64,000 nt of DNA from Candidatus Obscuribacteraceae bacterium (GCA_044226015.1 JBGAHS010000003.1:608001-672000); one strand, 5' to 3'; positions 10,816 through 20,808 are shown, counted from the stretch's first letter. Numbers and translations: made by a program. Notes: generated by a model from the sequence alone, not told the origin.

Positions 10816-11178
10816 ATGTCAGAAGAAAACCGCACAGACCGTCCATGGGGAAGTTTCTACGTTCTGGTTGACAGTGAAGCCACCAAGGTGAAACGGCTGC
10901 TGGTCAATCCGGGACAGCGTTTGAGCCTGCAAAGCCACAAGCATAGAGACGAACACTGGGTCGTTGTTAGTGGCACAGCAACAGTAACACTAGATGACGA
11001 AACCCGCGACTACTCTTATGGACAACACATTTTTGTGAAACGGGGCACCAGACATAGAATTTCTTGCACAAAAGACCAGGCAGTCGAAATAATTGAGATT
11101 CAAATCGGCGACTCCTTTGCGGAAGAGGACATCATCAGGTACAGCGATGATTACGGCCGCTCAGGACAAGACTGTTAA
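10816..11178 (+). CDS. Cupin protein, mannose-6-phosphate isomerase type II C-terminal domain
   Basis: RPWGSF, KVKRLLVNPGQRLSLQSH.HR.EHW, EIQIG...EEDIIR..DDYGR. Confidence 0.92.
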   Translation: MSEENRTDRPWGSFYVLVDSEATKVKRLLVNPGQRLSLQSHKHRDEHWVVVSGTATVTLDDETRDYSYGQHIFVKRGTRHRISCTKDQAVEIIEIQIGDSFAEEDIIRYSDDYGRSGQDC

Positions 11179-11596
11179 CTAGCAATTCACGTTAACTCAA
11201 CAAACTTACACAAATGCTTTGATTAGAAGCTCGCGTCATTTGTGCAAGCACATATTAGCCAAAAAAAATGGGAATCTACGCACGCTGCCTGGGCCCATCC
11301 GCACTTCGTCGGAGGCGTACACGGTCAACGGCGCACGCCGACACAGGCAATTTACATGCCTTAGGAACAGTTTGCAATTTCAGGGGAGTAAGCCCTAGGG
11401 TGAGCTGTCTCTTTCATCACTCCTCACCGCCGGCAAACGAACCCCAACAAGTAACTTAGCCACAGTCAACACATCGAACTCTGAGTGCGTACTCAGGGCT
11501 TGATGCATGCGGTGATGAACCTCGAAGAGACGCTTCTCGCGTTCCGGTCTAGTCGACTGCGAACAAAACCTAAACTTTTTTCGTGAAGGAGCCTTT

Positions 11597-12814
11597 ATGT
11601 CGAAAGCTCAACTGCTTCGGGCTGGCAATGTTCGCCAGATGCCCATCGTCAACACGCGAGGAAACCTGCTCGGCGTTCGCGCCATGCGCCACTCCGACCG
11701 CGTCATCGAACACAACAAGATGCGCCAGACCTGGTTCCAGACCTTCGCTGGTTTCGTCGGGCTCAGCCTGCTCATCGCCGGCGCCAGCTGGTTCTTCGGT
11801 GGGCTGACCATTCTCGGCTGGTTCGGCGGCATCTGGTTCGCCACCTTGCTGCTCGCCTGGTGGTTCAGCGCGTGGATCACTCCTCGCGCGGTTCAGGCTT
11901 ACGCCGCCGACCCCAACACCGAGCGCGGTGCTGCTGCCATTCGCTGTGCTGATCGTGCCTGGACGCAGCTCACCGACCATGTGCGCGAGCACTACGGCGA
12001 GCGTGTCGTTCGGCTGCTCAAGCGACCGGAGGTCATGCTCTCGCCGAACAAGCACGCCAATGCGTTCTGCACCGGGCGCGGCTGGCGCAACTCTGTCATC
12101 GTCATCTTCGAAGGCGCGTTCCTCTCGGGCATGACCGAAGACGAAATCGTCGCCGTTCTGGGTCACGAACTCGGACACTTCTTCCACCTGGACGTGTTCC
12201 TCCAGACCATCGCTTCCGTGCTCGGCGCCGTGTTCACGTTGACGGTCGCGAGCACCTTCAAGCGCTTCGTTCAGCCGCTTTTCGCCCGCCTGCCTCGCTG
12301 GCTGAGCTGGCTGGGTTGGCTCAGCAACATCGCGCTGCTCTTCGGCTTCCGCTTCGGCGGCGGTCTCGTCAAGGTCGTGCAGATGTTCATTTCCCGCTCT
12401 CGCGAAGCTTCGGCTGATGCATTCTGCTCGGAAATCACCGACGACCCGTGCGCCCTCGCACGTGCGCTGAAGAAGCTGGTCGCCTACGAAGTCGACCTGG
12501 CGAAGAAGGAAGCTGAGGAAGCCGAGAAGAAGAAGCAAGCCGACCCCGTGGCCTATCACGCCGCGCAGATGCTCAAACTCTGCGAGGACTCCGTGCTGGA
12601 TGCGCTCGGCATCATGCTCTTCATCGACACCCTGGAGACGCTCGACCAACACGAGCGTGCTCAGACGGGTCAGAAGCCCTCGGCTCTGGCTCGTTGGTGG
12701 AACAGCCTGATGGAAAACCACCCGCCGGTCGAAGACCGAGTCGCGTGGCTGGAACTGGCCGCTGGTCAGTCCTGCCCGTGCCCCGAGGTCGACGACCGGT
12801 TCCGTCGCCGCTAA
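11597..12814 (+). CDS. M48 family (HtpX-like) membrane zinc metalloprotease
   Basis: N-terminal TM pair, ANAFCTG, HELGH zinc motif, SRSREASAD, HPPVEDRV; AAGGAG RBS. Confidence 0.9.
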   Translation: MSKAQLLRAGNVRQMPIVNTRGNLLGVRAMRHSDRVIEHNKMRQTWFQTFAGFVGLSLLIAGASWFFGGLTILGWFGGIWFATLLLAWWFSAWITPRAVQAYAADPNTERGAAAIRCADRAWTQLTDHVREHYGERVVRLLKRPEVMLSPNKHANAFCTGRGWRNSVIVIFEGAFLSGMTEDEIVAVLGHELGHFFHLDVFLQTIASVLGAVFTLTVASTFKRFVQPLFARLPRWLSWLGWLSNIALLFGFRFGGGLVKVVQMFISRSREASADAFCSEITDDPCALARALKKLVAYEVDLAKKEAEEAEKKKQADPVAYHAAQMLKLCEDSVLDALGIMLFIDTLETLDQHERAQTGQKPSALARWWNSLMENHPPVEDRVAWLELAAGQSCPCPEVDDRFRRR

Positions 12815-12825
12815 GCTCGGCGCAA

Positions 12826-12861
12826 AGGAGGGCACCAGCAATGGTGCCCTCCTGTTCTTTC
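12826..12861 (+). terminator. Stem-loop/terminator after the M48 protease
   Basis: AGGAGGGCACCA-GCAA-TGGTGCCCTCCT (GNRA loop) followed by GTTCTTTC. Confidence 0.7.
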
Positions 12862-12908
12862 TCAGTCGTAATAACAAAAACAATAAGCAGCGAAGGAGCG
12901 AGACTGTT

Positions 12909-13142
12909 ATGAGTACACATCACGTTTGCGTTTTTCGCAAGGTCCGCGGTTCCGATGAATACGTGCCCATCAACCAGGTTTTCGACCTCAAAGTGGGCGA
13001 ACGCAAATTCATCGGACAGTTCCGTGAAGAGACGGTCAACGACGGACCCTCGGGCAGCCACAAGCGCACGATCTGCCTGCCTGTCGGCAAGCCCAGCGAA
13101 TCAACGCTGAGCCAGCCAGACATCGATGGGCTGAAGCGCTAA
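12909..13142 (+). CDS. Small hypothetical protein
   Basis: 77 aa; AAGGAG RBS; codon usage like the upstream gene. Confidence 0.55.
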   Translation: MSTHHVCVFRKVRGSDEYVPINQVFDLKVGERKFIGQFREETVNDGPSGSHKRTICLPVGKPSESTLSQPDIDGLKR

Positions 13143-13421
13143 GCCGCAGCAAATGGACGGAAGACTCAAATCTTCCGCCCATTTGACTTTTCCAGACATA
13201 CACGACATGGCGTAGTACGCTTAACATGAAATACAAAGACGACGGCTTCCCTGGCAGAGTAGCAGCAGAAGACCCAGATAAGTTCATTATCTGGATCTTT
13301 CTTGCTGACTCAAATTGCTCTAAGCAACCAAAATAGAGTAAATAGAGTTCTTAGAGCAGAGCACACCCAATTTTTCCTCCATCAAGGATGCGCATGTTTT
13401 CTTCTCACTTCTCAGATGGAA

Positions 13422-13838
13422 TCAGGAAGCACTAGCAGACTCATCCGGTCCAAGACACTCCCAATAGCGGTGCCAGCTGTGGATCGTCTTGTATGAACGG
13501 CTAAACTCCGGAGCATAGCGAGCCCTGTATCTTACTCCATCCAAGACGACCTCTTCTTGCGAGCGCGCTGAAGGAAAGTAGTGATCAAGACGTGCAGACA
13601 CTGAGCTGAATTGCTCAAGTGCTTTGCGTTCCTCCCAATAGCTACCCCACTTCGTAACTTTGCCTCCCACAAGCTTTCCAGCTCTCCGATAGCCTCCCTG
13701 CTTCACCAGCGGATAAAACCGCCGCCTGTATTCTCGCCCCTGATACTTCACGGTCTGATTTGAACCAGTGGAAGAGAATTTCTCATTGAGAAACTCGTTC
13801 ATTTCCTGGTCATCAATTCGCTCAAATCCAAATTCCAT
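13422..13838 (-). CDS. Hypothetical protein with a two-fold internal repeat
   Basis: VKYQGREYRRRFYP...KWGSYWEE and VVLDGVRYRARYAP...SWHRYWEC; start placed at MEFGFE (uncertain). Confidence 0.6.
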   Translation of the reverse strand: MEFGFERIDDQEMNEFLNEKFSSTGSNQTVKYQGREYRRRFYPLVKQGGYRRAGKLVGGKVTKWGSYWEERKALEQFSSVSARLDHYFPSARSQEEVVLDGVRYRARYAPEFSRSYKTIHSWHRYWECLGPDESASAS

Positions 13839-14172
13839 CAAACGATACCCCCATTGTTTTGCAGTGCAAGTCAGTTCCAACGAAAAAAAAATCCGCATGA
13901 CGCAAAGCCATGTGGATTCAAAGACTCAATCAATGATCTTGTGATTTTTTTTCGGAAAATTCCTGTGCTGAAACTGCTGTGTAGACAGCTACAAACCTAA
14001 GACACTCATTGACCCGAAGTCAGTAAAAAAATCACTCAGTGACGTAATCACCGCCTTTACAGTGGCTGCTCAGCTAGCGCAAGGCTCTAATTCTGCAGGT
14101 CAATAAGTTCTGAGCAGTTAAGTGTCTTTCCAATTGAAGCAGGGTATAAAAAAATGGCTCAAGGAATTTTGA

Positions 14173-14886
14173 ATGAACGAAGAAAAATCGGAAAAGCAGC
14201 GCAGAACAGAAAAGGAGATTCTTTTTCAACGCCGACTCGCCGAATTGCGAAGCAAGAAACAACGCTTCGCCTGGGAGTCAGGTGAACTTCCCCAATTCGA
14301 GATTCCAAAACATGAGTCAAAACTACTTGCTGATCGTGAGGTCGAAGACCCCAACCTAAGCGAAGAAGAGCTTGAGCTGCGTGCCCTCCTCGATCTAACT
14401 TCCAGAACATACGATTTCAAAACTTTCTACAAACGTTTGAACTACGAACTCAGAAGAGCCAGAAGATATAAACGCCCGCTCTCATTGATTCTCGTAGCAG
14501 TAGATCAATACGAGGTACTATCCCTTAAAGTCAGTGCCGCCGCGCGCGACGCTGCTGTTCAGGCGACTGCAAAACTGCTATTGAGCAGCATTCGCGACGT
14601 TGATATCGCAGGAAGATGCAGAGAAGACACATTCGGTGTCATACTGCCAGAGACGGCTGGACCGGGCGCTGAAATCGCATCAGAGCGCATAAGAACTCGC
14701 ATTGAGGCACATCAACTACCAGTTCCATTCGACAATTTGCTGATTACAGTCAGTGTTGCAGTCGCACATTTTCCGGGACACGGAGAGGAAGTAGAAGAAC
14801 TTTTCGGCAATTGCGTAGATGCGCTTTTGTGGATTTTGAAACGTGGTGGCAACGCCGTAATGTTTGCGAAGGAAATTCCTCAATAA
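14173..14886 (+). CDS. GGDEF-domain protein with degenerate active site
   Basis: DLTS, ELRRARRYKRPLSLILVAVD, RDVD I-site, REDTF in place of GG(D/E)EF, ILPET, ITVSVAVA. Confidence 0.85.
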   Translation: MNEEKSEKQRRTEKEILFQRRLAELRSKKQRFAWESGELPQFEIPKHESKLLADREVEDPNLSEEELELRALLDLTSRTYDFKTFYKRLNYELRRARRYKRPLSLILVAVDQYEVLSLKVSAAARDAAVQATAKLLLSSIRDVDIAGRCREDTFGVILPETAGPGAEIASERIRTRIEAHQLPVPFDNLLITVSVAVAHFPGHGEEVEELFGNCVDALLWILKRGGNAVMFAKEIPQ

Positions 14887-15038
14887 CTTTGCACCAAATA
14901 CGCCACCACTACATTTCAACCAATTCGTTTCCAACAGCCTACTATGTTTATACATACGAATCAATCCGTAGACAAGGCACAAAGAAGAAGGACCAGACAG
15001 AAAGTGGCGAATGCCACATTTCTACCTGGTCCCGGAGA

Positions 15039-15545
15039 TTATCGTCCGCCCCGGTCCATCCAGGCGGCGACTTCTTCTTCTCGTTCTGCTCCGAAGGCAC
15101 AGCCGCTCGAACGCAAGCAGAACGCCCGCACTCGATGCATCTTCGCCATGAAGTGGTTGCCGGGCGAGAAATACCCTTTCAGGTTTTCCAGCACGGACTT
15201 CAGGCTCGCTGCGCAGCCGACGTAGTCGCCCTGAGCAAGGCGAAACTCGGCGAGTTCGAAGTGCGAGCGCATAGCGTCACGCCACTTGAAGGGACGCTGG
15301 CCATCGCAGAAAGCCGCCGCCGCCACGAGATTCTTCTCGATGACAGAAACGTCGGTCGCATGCCGAGCGGCCAGGCGAAGCAGAACCAGATTCCGAGGCG
15401 ACTCGTAGCACAAATCATCGCAAAGAATTGCCTCGACCAGATGTGCCGCTGAAGCGAGAGCCTCCGCAGCCTGGGTAATATTTTCCATACACGCTGTCTC
15501 CACAGCTAGTTGTTGCACCATGGAGCGGAGAGTGACCGAAGCCAC
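15039..15545 (-). CDS. Hypothetical helical (TPR-like) protein
   Basis: Ala/Leu-rich helices (HFELAEFRLAQGDYVGCAASLKSVLE); follows the ABC transporter on the same strand. Confidence 0.5.
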   Translation of the reverse strand: MASVTLRSMVQQLAVETACMENITQAAEALASAAHLVEAILCDDLCYESPRNLVLLRLAARHATDVSVIEKNLVAAAAFCDGQRPFKWRDAMRSHFELAEFRLAQGDYVGCAASLKSVLENLKGYFSPGNHFMAKMHRVRAFCLRSSGCAFGAEREEEVAAWMDRGGR

Positions 15546-15571
15546 CCTCCGCCCCCCGCTTGTCGGCTGAC

Positions 15572-17488
15572 TTAGCCGGATACTTCCGTGCTGGGCACCA
15601 CTTTCCAGCTACCGTCGCCGGTAAGCTTGAGCACCTCAGCATGGTACTTCACCAACGTCGGACGGTGCCCAACGCTGACGTAGGTCGTGCCGCTCTTCTG
15701 GAGAAGCTCGTAGACATGCTCTTCGTTGGGAACGTCGAGCGCGCTGGTGGCTTCGTCCAGGATTGCGTACTTCGGCTTGGCGAGCAAGAGTCGAGCGATT
15801 GCCAGACGCTGTTTTTCGCCGCCGGAGACGATGGACTGCCAGTCGAGAATCTTGTCGAAACCGCCGTGGTTGCCGGGCAGATGACCGAGATTGACCAGCT
15901 CGAGAACCGCTTGCAGCTCAGCGTCCGTCTTGTTCTCACATTTCGGGAAGAGCAATTGCTCACGCAGAGTTGCGGTCACCATGAGGTAAGGCGACTGCGG
16001 CAGGAACATGATGTCGTCCAGTCCCGGGCGGGTGATAGTGCCAGAGCCAGAACGCCAGAGTCCGGCGAACGTGCGCAGCAAGGAAGTCTTGCCGCAGCCG
16101 CTGGGACCCATGATGACCAACCCACCCTTCGACACGGTAGCGGTCAAGTCACGCACGAGAGTGCGCTCATAGTCCGGAGTGCAGAGGGTGAGATTATCGA
16201 GAGCCAACTTTTCGCCGACGACAATGTCGATACGGCTCCGACCCGGAACGTTGGAGGGCTCGGTTGCATTGAGAGCCCGGTCGAAACCCCACAGACGGTT
16301 AATGTTGGCAGTGAACAGGCTGAGCGTGCGGAATTCCACCACGATGAGTGTCAGGGCCGAAAGCACCTGGCCAAACGCCTGAGAAGCCTGCGAGATTGTG
16401 CCCATCTCCACCTTGCCGGCGAAGTAGAGCGGTCCGAGCACCAGGAAAGGAATCGCGACGGTGAAGTAGTCGCTGCCGGTTTGAATGAAACCGAGATTCC
16501 GAGTCCAGCCAATGAGCTGGTTCCAGTTCGTCATGACCTCGCTGAAGCGGCGCCGCAATTGCGACTCTTCACGCTGCTCGCCCTGGTAGAACGCGATCGC
16601 TTCGGTGTTGTTGCGAACGTGAACCAGGTTGTAGCGGAAGTCAGCTTCATAACGGGAGTGATTGAAGTTCAATCCGACGAGCTTTCGTCCAACGAAAACC
16701 GCAATCACAGTAAAGATTGCAGACCATCCGATTGCAATCCAAGCAAGCCAACCGGTGGGGTCGACTTCCTTGAGAATCGGCATGAAGCTCGAATAGGTCA
16801 TGACGCCGCCTAGTGCGGCCAGTAGCAGATTGCCCGCACCGCTCACGAACGCGTCCACGTCTTGCGCGATACGTTCATCAGGGTTGTCGATGTGGGCCAT
16901 GTGGTTGATCTTGTAGTAGTTCTGGTCCTTGAACCAGAGCTCCAGGTAGTGCTTGGTCATCCAGTTGCGCCAGCACATGGCGAACTTGTTCTTGACGTAG
17001 CTGTAGAGCACCACCACGAAGGTGCCAACCACGAAGCACGACAGCAAGCGGATAACCATGGTCATGAAGTTGGCCTGATCCTTGTGGTTCAGGGCGTTCA
17101 TGATGGCGCCGTTTGCGACGTTCAGAATCACGTTGAGAACGTTGACGCTGAGCATCAGCAAGAGCAGCAGGAAGAGAAGGAGCATTCCCTGATGATGCTC
17201 GTTCTTGGGCCAGAATCTGCGACCCAGGTAACTTGCACCTGCAGTGAGTGCGACGGCCGGGGTGACATAGTACAGCAAGAAGCTGTCCAGTCCAGACTTG
17301 TAGCCGGCGATGACGAAGTTCGTGATGTCTTCGACGTGCGCGGCGACCTGCTGAAGGCCGAAGTAGGAAGCAACAGTGGCCACGATCAGAACCGCCCAGA
17401 GGGGCAGACTTTTCAAGCCATTCGGGAACCAAAATGGGCGTGCGATATCGAAAAATCGCTTCGCCATGCCAAGCTTTTCACTTTGCAT
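15572..17488 (-). CDS. Fused permease/ATPase ABC half-transporter, ABCD/YddA/Rv1819c(BacA)-like family
   Basis: IDNPDERIAQDV, EADFRY..VHVR.N.EAIAFYQG (EAA-like), Walker A GPSGCGKT, SGGEKQR, ILDEATSALD, SVGHR. Confidence 0.92.
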   Translation of the reverse strand: MQSEKLGMAKRFFDIARPFWFPNGLKSLPLWAVLIVATVASYFGLQQVAAHVEDITNFVIAGYKSGLDSFLLYYVTPAVALTAGASYLGRRFWPKNEHHQGMLLLFLLLLLMLSVNVLNVILNVANGAIMNALNHKDQANFMTMVIRLLSCFVVGTFVVVLYSYVKNKFAMCWRNWMTKHYLELWFKDQNYYKINHMAHIDNPDERIAQDVDAFVSGAGNLLLAALGGVMTYSSFMPILKEVDPTGWLAWIAIGWSAIFTVIAVFVGRKLVGLNFNHSRYEADFRYNLVHVRNNTEAIAFYQGEQREESQLRRRFSEVMTNWNQLIGWTRNLGFIQTGSDYFTVAIPFLVLGPLYFAGKVEMGTISQASQAFGQVLSALTLIVVEFRTLSLFTANINRLWGFDRALNATEPSNVPGRSRIDIVVGEKLALDNLTLCTPDYERTLVRDLTATVSKGGLVIMGPSGCGKTSLLRTFAGLWRSGSGTITRPGLDDIMFLPQSPYLMVTATLREQLLFPKCENKTDAELQAVLELVNLGHLPGNHGGFDKILDWQSIVSGGEKQRLAIARLLLAKPKYAILDEATSALDVPNEEHVYELLQKSGTTYVSVGHRPTLVKYHAEVLKLTGDGSWKVVPSTEVSG

Positions 17489-17766
17489 AGCAGTGTCCTT
17501 TCCAAGTTGGCAATTGCGCGACCGAAGTCCTCACAACTGCGTGGTTTCTTTGTTTTCACAGAGAATCAGCCTCGGAGACTGCACAAATCGAACTTCAACA
17601 GGAAGCTGATAGTGCTACAACAGAAATTTCCTTTCGTTTGAGTGGGCGAGTAGGGTTTCCTTGTTTGAGGCGTGAACAGATAACGACGTCAGCCTACGGC
17701 CGGGGGCACTTTAGATCTGAATTTGATCTATTTCAGCCCGGTCGGGCCGCAGAAGCATGAGCCCCC

Positions 17767-17872
17767 ACCGCACGGGCGTCTCGGGACGTGGCAGCGGCGG
17801 GACACCGGCTAGATTAGCCAGGTTTCCACTTGGCGACCAACCTCTCACCACTAGCGGAGGTATCGCAGCGGT
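17767..17872 (-). promoter_or_regulatory. Candidate cobalamin-like riboswitch in the leader of the ABC transporter
   Basis: Sense strand: ACCGC/GCGGT closing stem, long hairpin, AAGTGGAAA, hairpin CTGGCT-AATCT-AGCCGG, GTCCCGCCGCTG, GTCCCGAGACGCC. Partial match to the cobalamin consensus. Confidence 0.4.
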
Positions 17873-17987
17873 AGCCGGCGCTAGCATTCAAGCTGCACTA
17901 ACTGTTATTCGCAAGTACTCAAGACTCTGCCAATGGTCCTGCTTCGGTGATGCTTTTTCTCAACTCCGATTTACGACTGAATCGAGC

Positions 17988-20573
17988 TCACCTGTCTAAC
18001 TGCTTAACGAACCCATCCCAGTCTCTTCCAAGACTCGTGAAATTTCTATTGCCCTGATGTTCCCTTCTGGCTTCAGCAAAACCTCTTTCAGCTCCTTTAG
18101 CTAATGCCTTTCCTTGTTCAGTCTGTTCTTGCTCTCGCAGCAAAACAATCATTTGCTTTATGCGCTGCCCTAATTCTTGATCGTTTCTAGCGGCGCCTAT
18201 AGTGCCAATTGTCTTTTGCAGCTCCTCCGTTTCCTTTGACTTAGGAAAGTGGTCCACAACGGCCTTGAGTTCTTTTACAAGTCGGCCCTGACCATCCAGC
18301 GACAACCCTTCTGACTCTTTCAAATCCGTTTGCATTTTTCTCAATGGTGAAGCAATACGTCCGAATTCACTCTTGTCTTGAATTTCCTTACCTGGCATGT
18401 TGAAGCCTAAGCCACCAATGCCATCCTGTCCTTGCTTTGGCTCGCCAAACTGGGCTACCGCCATCGCATCGTAGGATTTTATTAGCGACGCAGCAGCTCT
18501 TTCAATTTCAGGGTCTTTACCAGAAAAAGTTGTGAGCAAGTTCTGCGCAAATGACTTTAAATCTCTGATATGACTTTGATCCTCTCTGGCTCCATCAGGA
18601 GCAACGGGTGAGCCATCAACAGCTTTTCTAATTCCAGCTTCACTCGATTTATCATGCATACCCCTGTTGAGCTGCGCTCCAAGCTGGTCGAAATCGCGCT
18701 TGAAATCGCCGTACTTGCTCATGTCAAAGGCAGCTAAAGTTAACGTTGCGTTGTCTTCTCCCGCTCCATTTGCACCTTTGCTAGCCAAATCCACGATGTT
18801 CTTTGCAAAATCACGACCAGACTGAGAAGGATTATTCATCAGCGAACGAAACTCTGTGCCCAAATTTTGCCCATCATTTGCCAGAGTAATTTTCTCAATT
18901 GCCGATGATGCGACAACATTTTCTGCTACATCCTTTACCTTGCCCAGAGTGTGCGGGGAAGACATTGAGCAAACATCAAAATTGAGCAAATCAAGCTTTT
19001 TATGCTCTCCGCCTTGAAGACCTTTCTTTATGCCGTCCACCATCTGTGGTAGGGACATAAGATCTTTGTTTGTCGCCACGGAATTATCTGCACCTTGTTG
19101 TATTCCCTGAACAACCAGCCCAAGCTTGTTCGATGGGGCCAACTTTCCTGCATCTTTGAGCAATTCCTCAATTTCTTTTCCTGGAGTGCTCGCCTTCGAA
19201 TCGGGTAACTTGTCTATTTTCCCATCGTGAATGAAATACCTTTCTGTACGAGCTGAACCGCTTTGAAGTGCTTGCATATCACACGCAGCTACTTTTGCAG
19301 GGCTGTTTGTTTCGTTGTGGCAAAGATTCCCCTTCTTATCAGTCGGCCTCTCAGCTGCGACAACAAAATCAACGGACTTATTTTCTGTTTCTTTTGCTAA
19401 TCCCTTGAGTTGTTCGAGCAATGGCTCAGAACCGTTACCTTTCGGAAAATGCTCTGTTGCTGGACCAGAGGCGCCCAACTCAACTGCTATGGTCCACTCC
19501 TTCTTCGTAGGGTCCGCTGCCTTTGCGGGATCCTCCTTCGCCTTCGCGGGATCCTCTTTCGCCTTCGCGGGATCCTCCTTCGCTTTCGCGGGATCCTCTC
19601 CTACCTTCGCGGGATCCTCTTTCGCCTTCGCGGGATCCTCTTTCGCTTTCGCGGGATCCTCTTTCGCTTTCGCGGGATCCTCCTTCGCTTTTGCGGGATC
19701 CTCTCCTACCTTCGCGGGATCCTCTTTCGCCTTCGCGGGATCCTCCTTCGCCTTCGCGGGATCCTCATTCGCCTTCGCGGGATCCTCTTTCGCTTTCGCG
19801 GGATCCTCTTTCGCCTTCGCGGGATCCTCTTTCGCTTTCGCGGGATCCTCCTTCGCTTTTGCGGGATCCTCTTTCGCCTTCGCGGGATCCTCTCCAGGCT
19901 TTGCCGCATCCTTTGCGGGATCCTCTTTCGCTTTCGCTGGATCCTCCTTCACCTTTGCGGGATCCTCCTTCGCCTTCGCGGGATCCTCCTTCGCCTTCGC
20001 CGGATCCTCCTTCGCTTTCGCGGGATCGCCAGTTTTTAGGACGGGGTCATTGCCTAGATGTTTGCTCGCCTTATCCCCTTTGAATTCAACATCATTTCCG
20101 CGTGAATCTTTTTGATGCTTAACGTTGCCGTCGTTGTCTACAACTCCACGCAGCACTGGTTCAAAGTTTCCATGCTGATCTCGAGTGCTGACCACGACAC
20201 CAGTTCGTTTGCCAAAATCTTTTGAGTGAATTTCAAATGACCGTCCATCTTCTCCGGAAAAGGACTTCTGCCCTCCAAACGCCATGGCGTGTGCTGCTTT
20301 GATTTTATCTTCTGCAGAAGATTCCGGATTTTTGAGAACGTCTAGATGACCTTGCCCCTGCTTATCCCCAGACTGAACAGTCAAACGACCAACAGCGCCC
20401 TGCTCGGCCAATTTCTCAGAATCTTTCGCGCTTCTCTCGTTTTTTTCTTTACCAGTGCCTTTGCCCTCAGACTCTGCGGCCAGTTTGCTCTGCGCTGAAT
20501 CGCTTTGCTTTTGCACATCCGCATCATTAGCGTCATGCTTCTCCTTCGGAGCATCCTTCACTTTTTCACTCAT
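17988..20573 (-). CDS. Large protein with AKEDPAK repeat linker and C-terminal clostripain (peptidase C11)-like domain
   Basis: KKEWTIAVEL, LDLLNFDVCSMS (cf. FDACLM catalytic Cys region), VASSAIE, TLAAFDMSK, DLKSFA; the expected HG catalytic His motif is not seen. Confidence 0.7.
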   Translation of the reverse strand: MSEKVKDAPKEKHDANDADVQKQSDSAQSKLAAESEGKGTGKEKNERSAKDSEKLAEQGAVGRLTVQSGDKQGQGHLDVLKNPESSAEDKIKAAHAMAFGGQKSFSGEDGRSFEIHSKDFGKRTGVVVSTRDQHGNFEPVLRGVVDNDGNVKHQKDSRGNDVEFKGDKASKHLGNDPVLKTGDPAKAKEDPAKAKEDPAKAKEDPAKVKEDPAKAKEDPAKDAAKPGEDPAKAKEDPAKAKEDPAKAKEDPAKAKEDPAKAKEDPAKANEDPAKAKEDPAKAKEDPAKVGEDPAKAKEDPAKAKEDPAKAKEDPAKAKEDPAKVGEDPAKAKEDPAKAKEDPAKAKEDPAKAADPTKKEWTIAVELGASGPATEHFPKGNGSEPLLEQLKGLAKETENKSVDFVVAAERPTDKKGNLCHNETNSPAKVAACDMQALQSGSARTERYFIHDGKIDKLPDSKASTPGKEIEELLKDAGKLAPSNKLGLVVQGIQQGADNSVATNKDLMSLPQMVDGIKKGLQGGEHKKLDLLNFDVCSMSSPHTLGKVKDVAENVVASSAIEKITLANDGQNLGTEFRSLMNNPSQSGRDFAKNIVDLASKGANGAGEDNATLTLAAFDMSKYGDFKRDFDQLGAQLNRGMHDKSSEAGIRKAVDGSPVAPDGAREDQSHIRDLKSFAQNLLTTFSGKDPEIERAAASLIKSYDAMAVAQFGEPKQGQDGIGGLGFNMPGKEIQDKSEFGRIASPLRKMQTDLKESEGLSLDGQGRLVKELKAVVDHFPKSKETEELQKTIGTIGAARNDQELGQRIKQMIVLLREQEQTEQGKALAKGAERGFAEARREHQGNRNFTSLGRDWDGFVKQLDR
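19520..20030. repeat. Coding tandem repeat, 21-bp unit, ~24 copies
   Basis: Unit ~CTTCGCGGGATCCTCTTTCGC encoding (A/V)(K/G)EDPAK; no spacers between units. Confidence 0.95.
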
Positions 20574-20808
20574 GTGGCTACCTCATTCTCGAGCAGAGAA
20601 CTTCAAATCAATCGTTAGTAAGTCGGGCAACGATGTATTATGTTTGAGACGCTGTGAAAATCACGTGATTATTTTGCGGCTTCCGCAGCCCAGGCGGCAC
20701 TATATGTCTACATCCTCAGACTCGACTCCTAAGTAGCACAAGAAGTTAAGTTAAGAGCCTCTGGGCTATGCAGAGCAGCACCGCATGTGGTGCTACGTCA
20801 TTCAACAC

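Noticed and set aside
19520..20030. Regular repeat array as a possible CRISPR
   Set aside because: The 21-bp units are head-to-tail with no unique spacers, vary mostly at synonymous positions of an in-frame peptide repeat, and no cas genes are present.
19315..20115. Plus-strand repeat ORFs (AGSSFAF, LRGILFR, SRDPLSP)
   Set aside because: Alternative frames of the tandem repeat; only the minus-strand 861-aa frame continues into globular domains.
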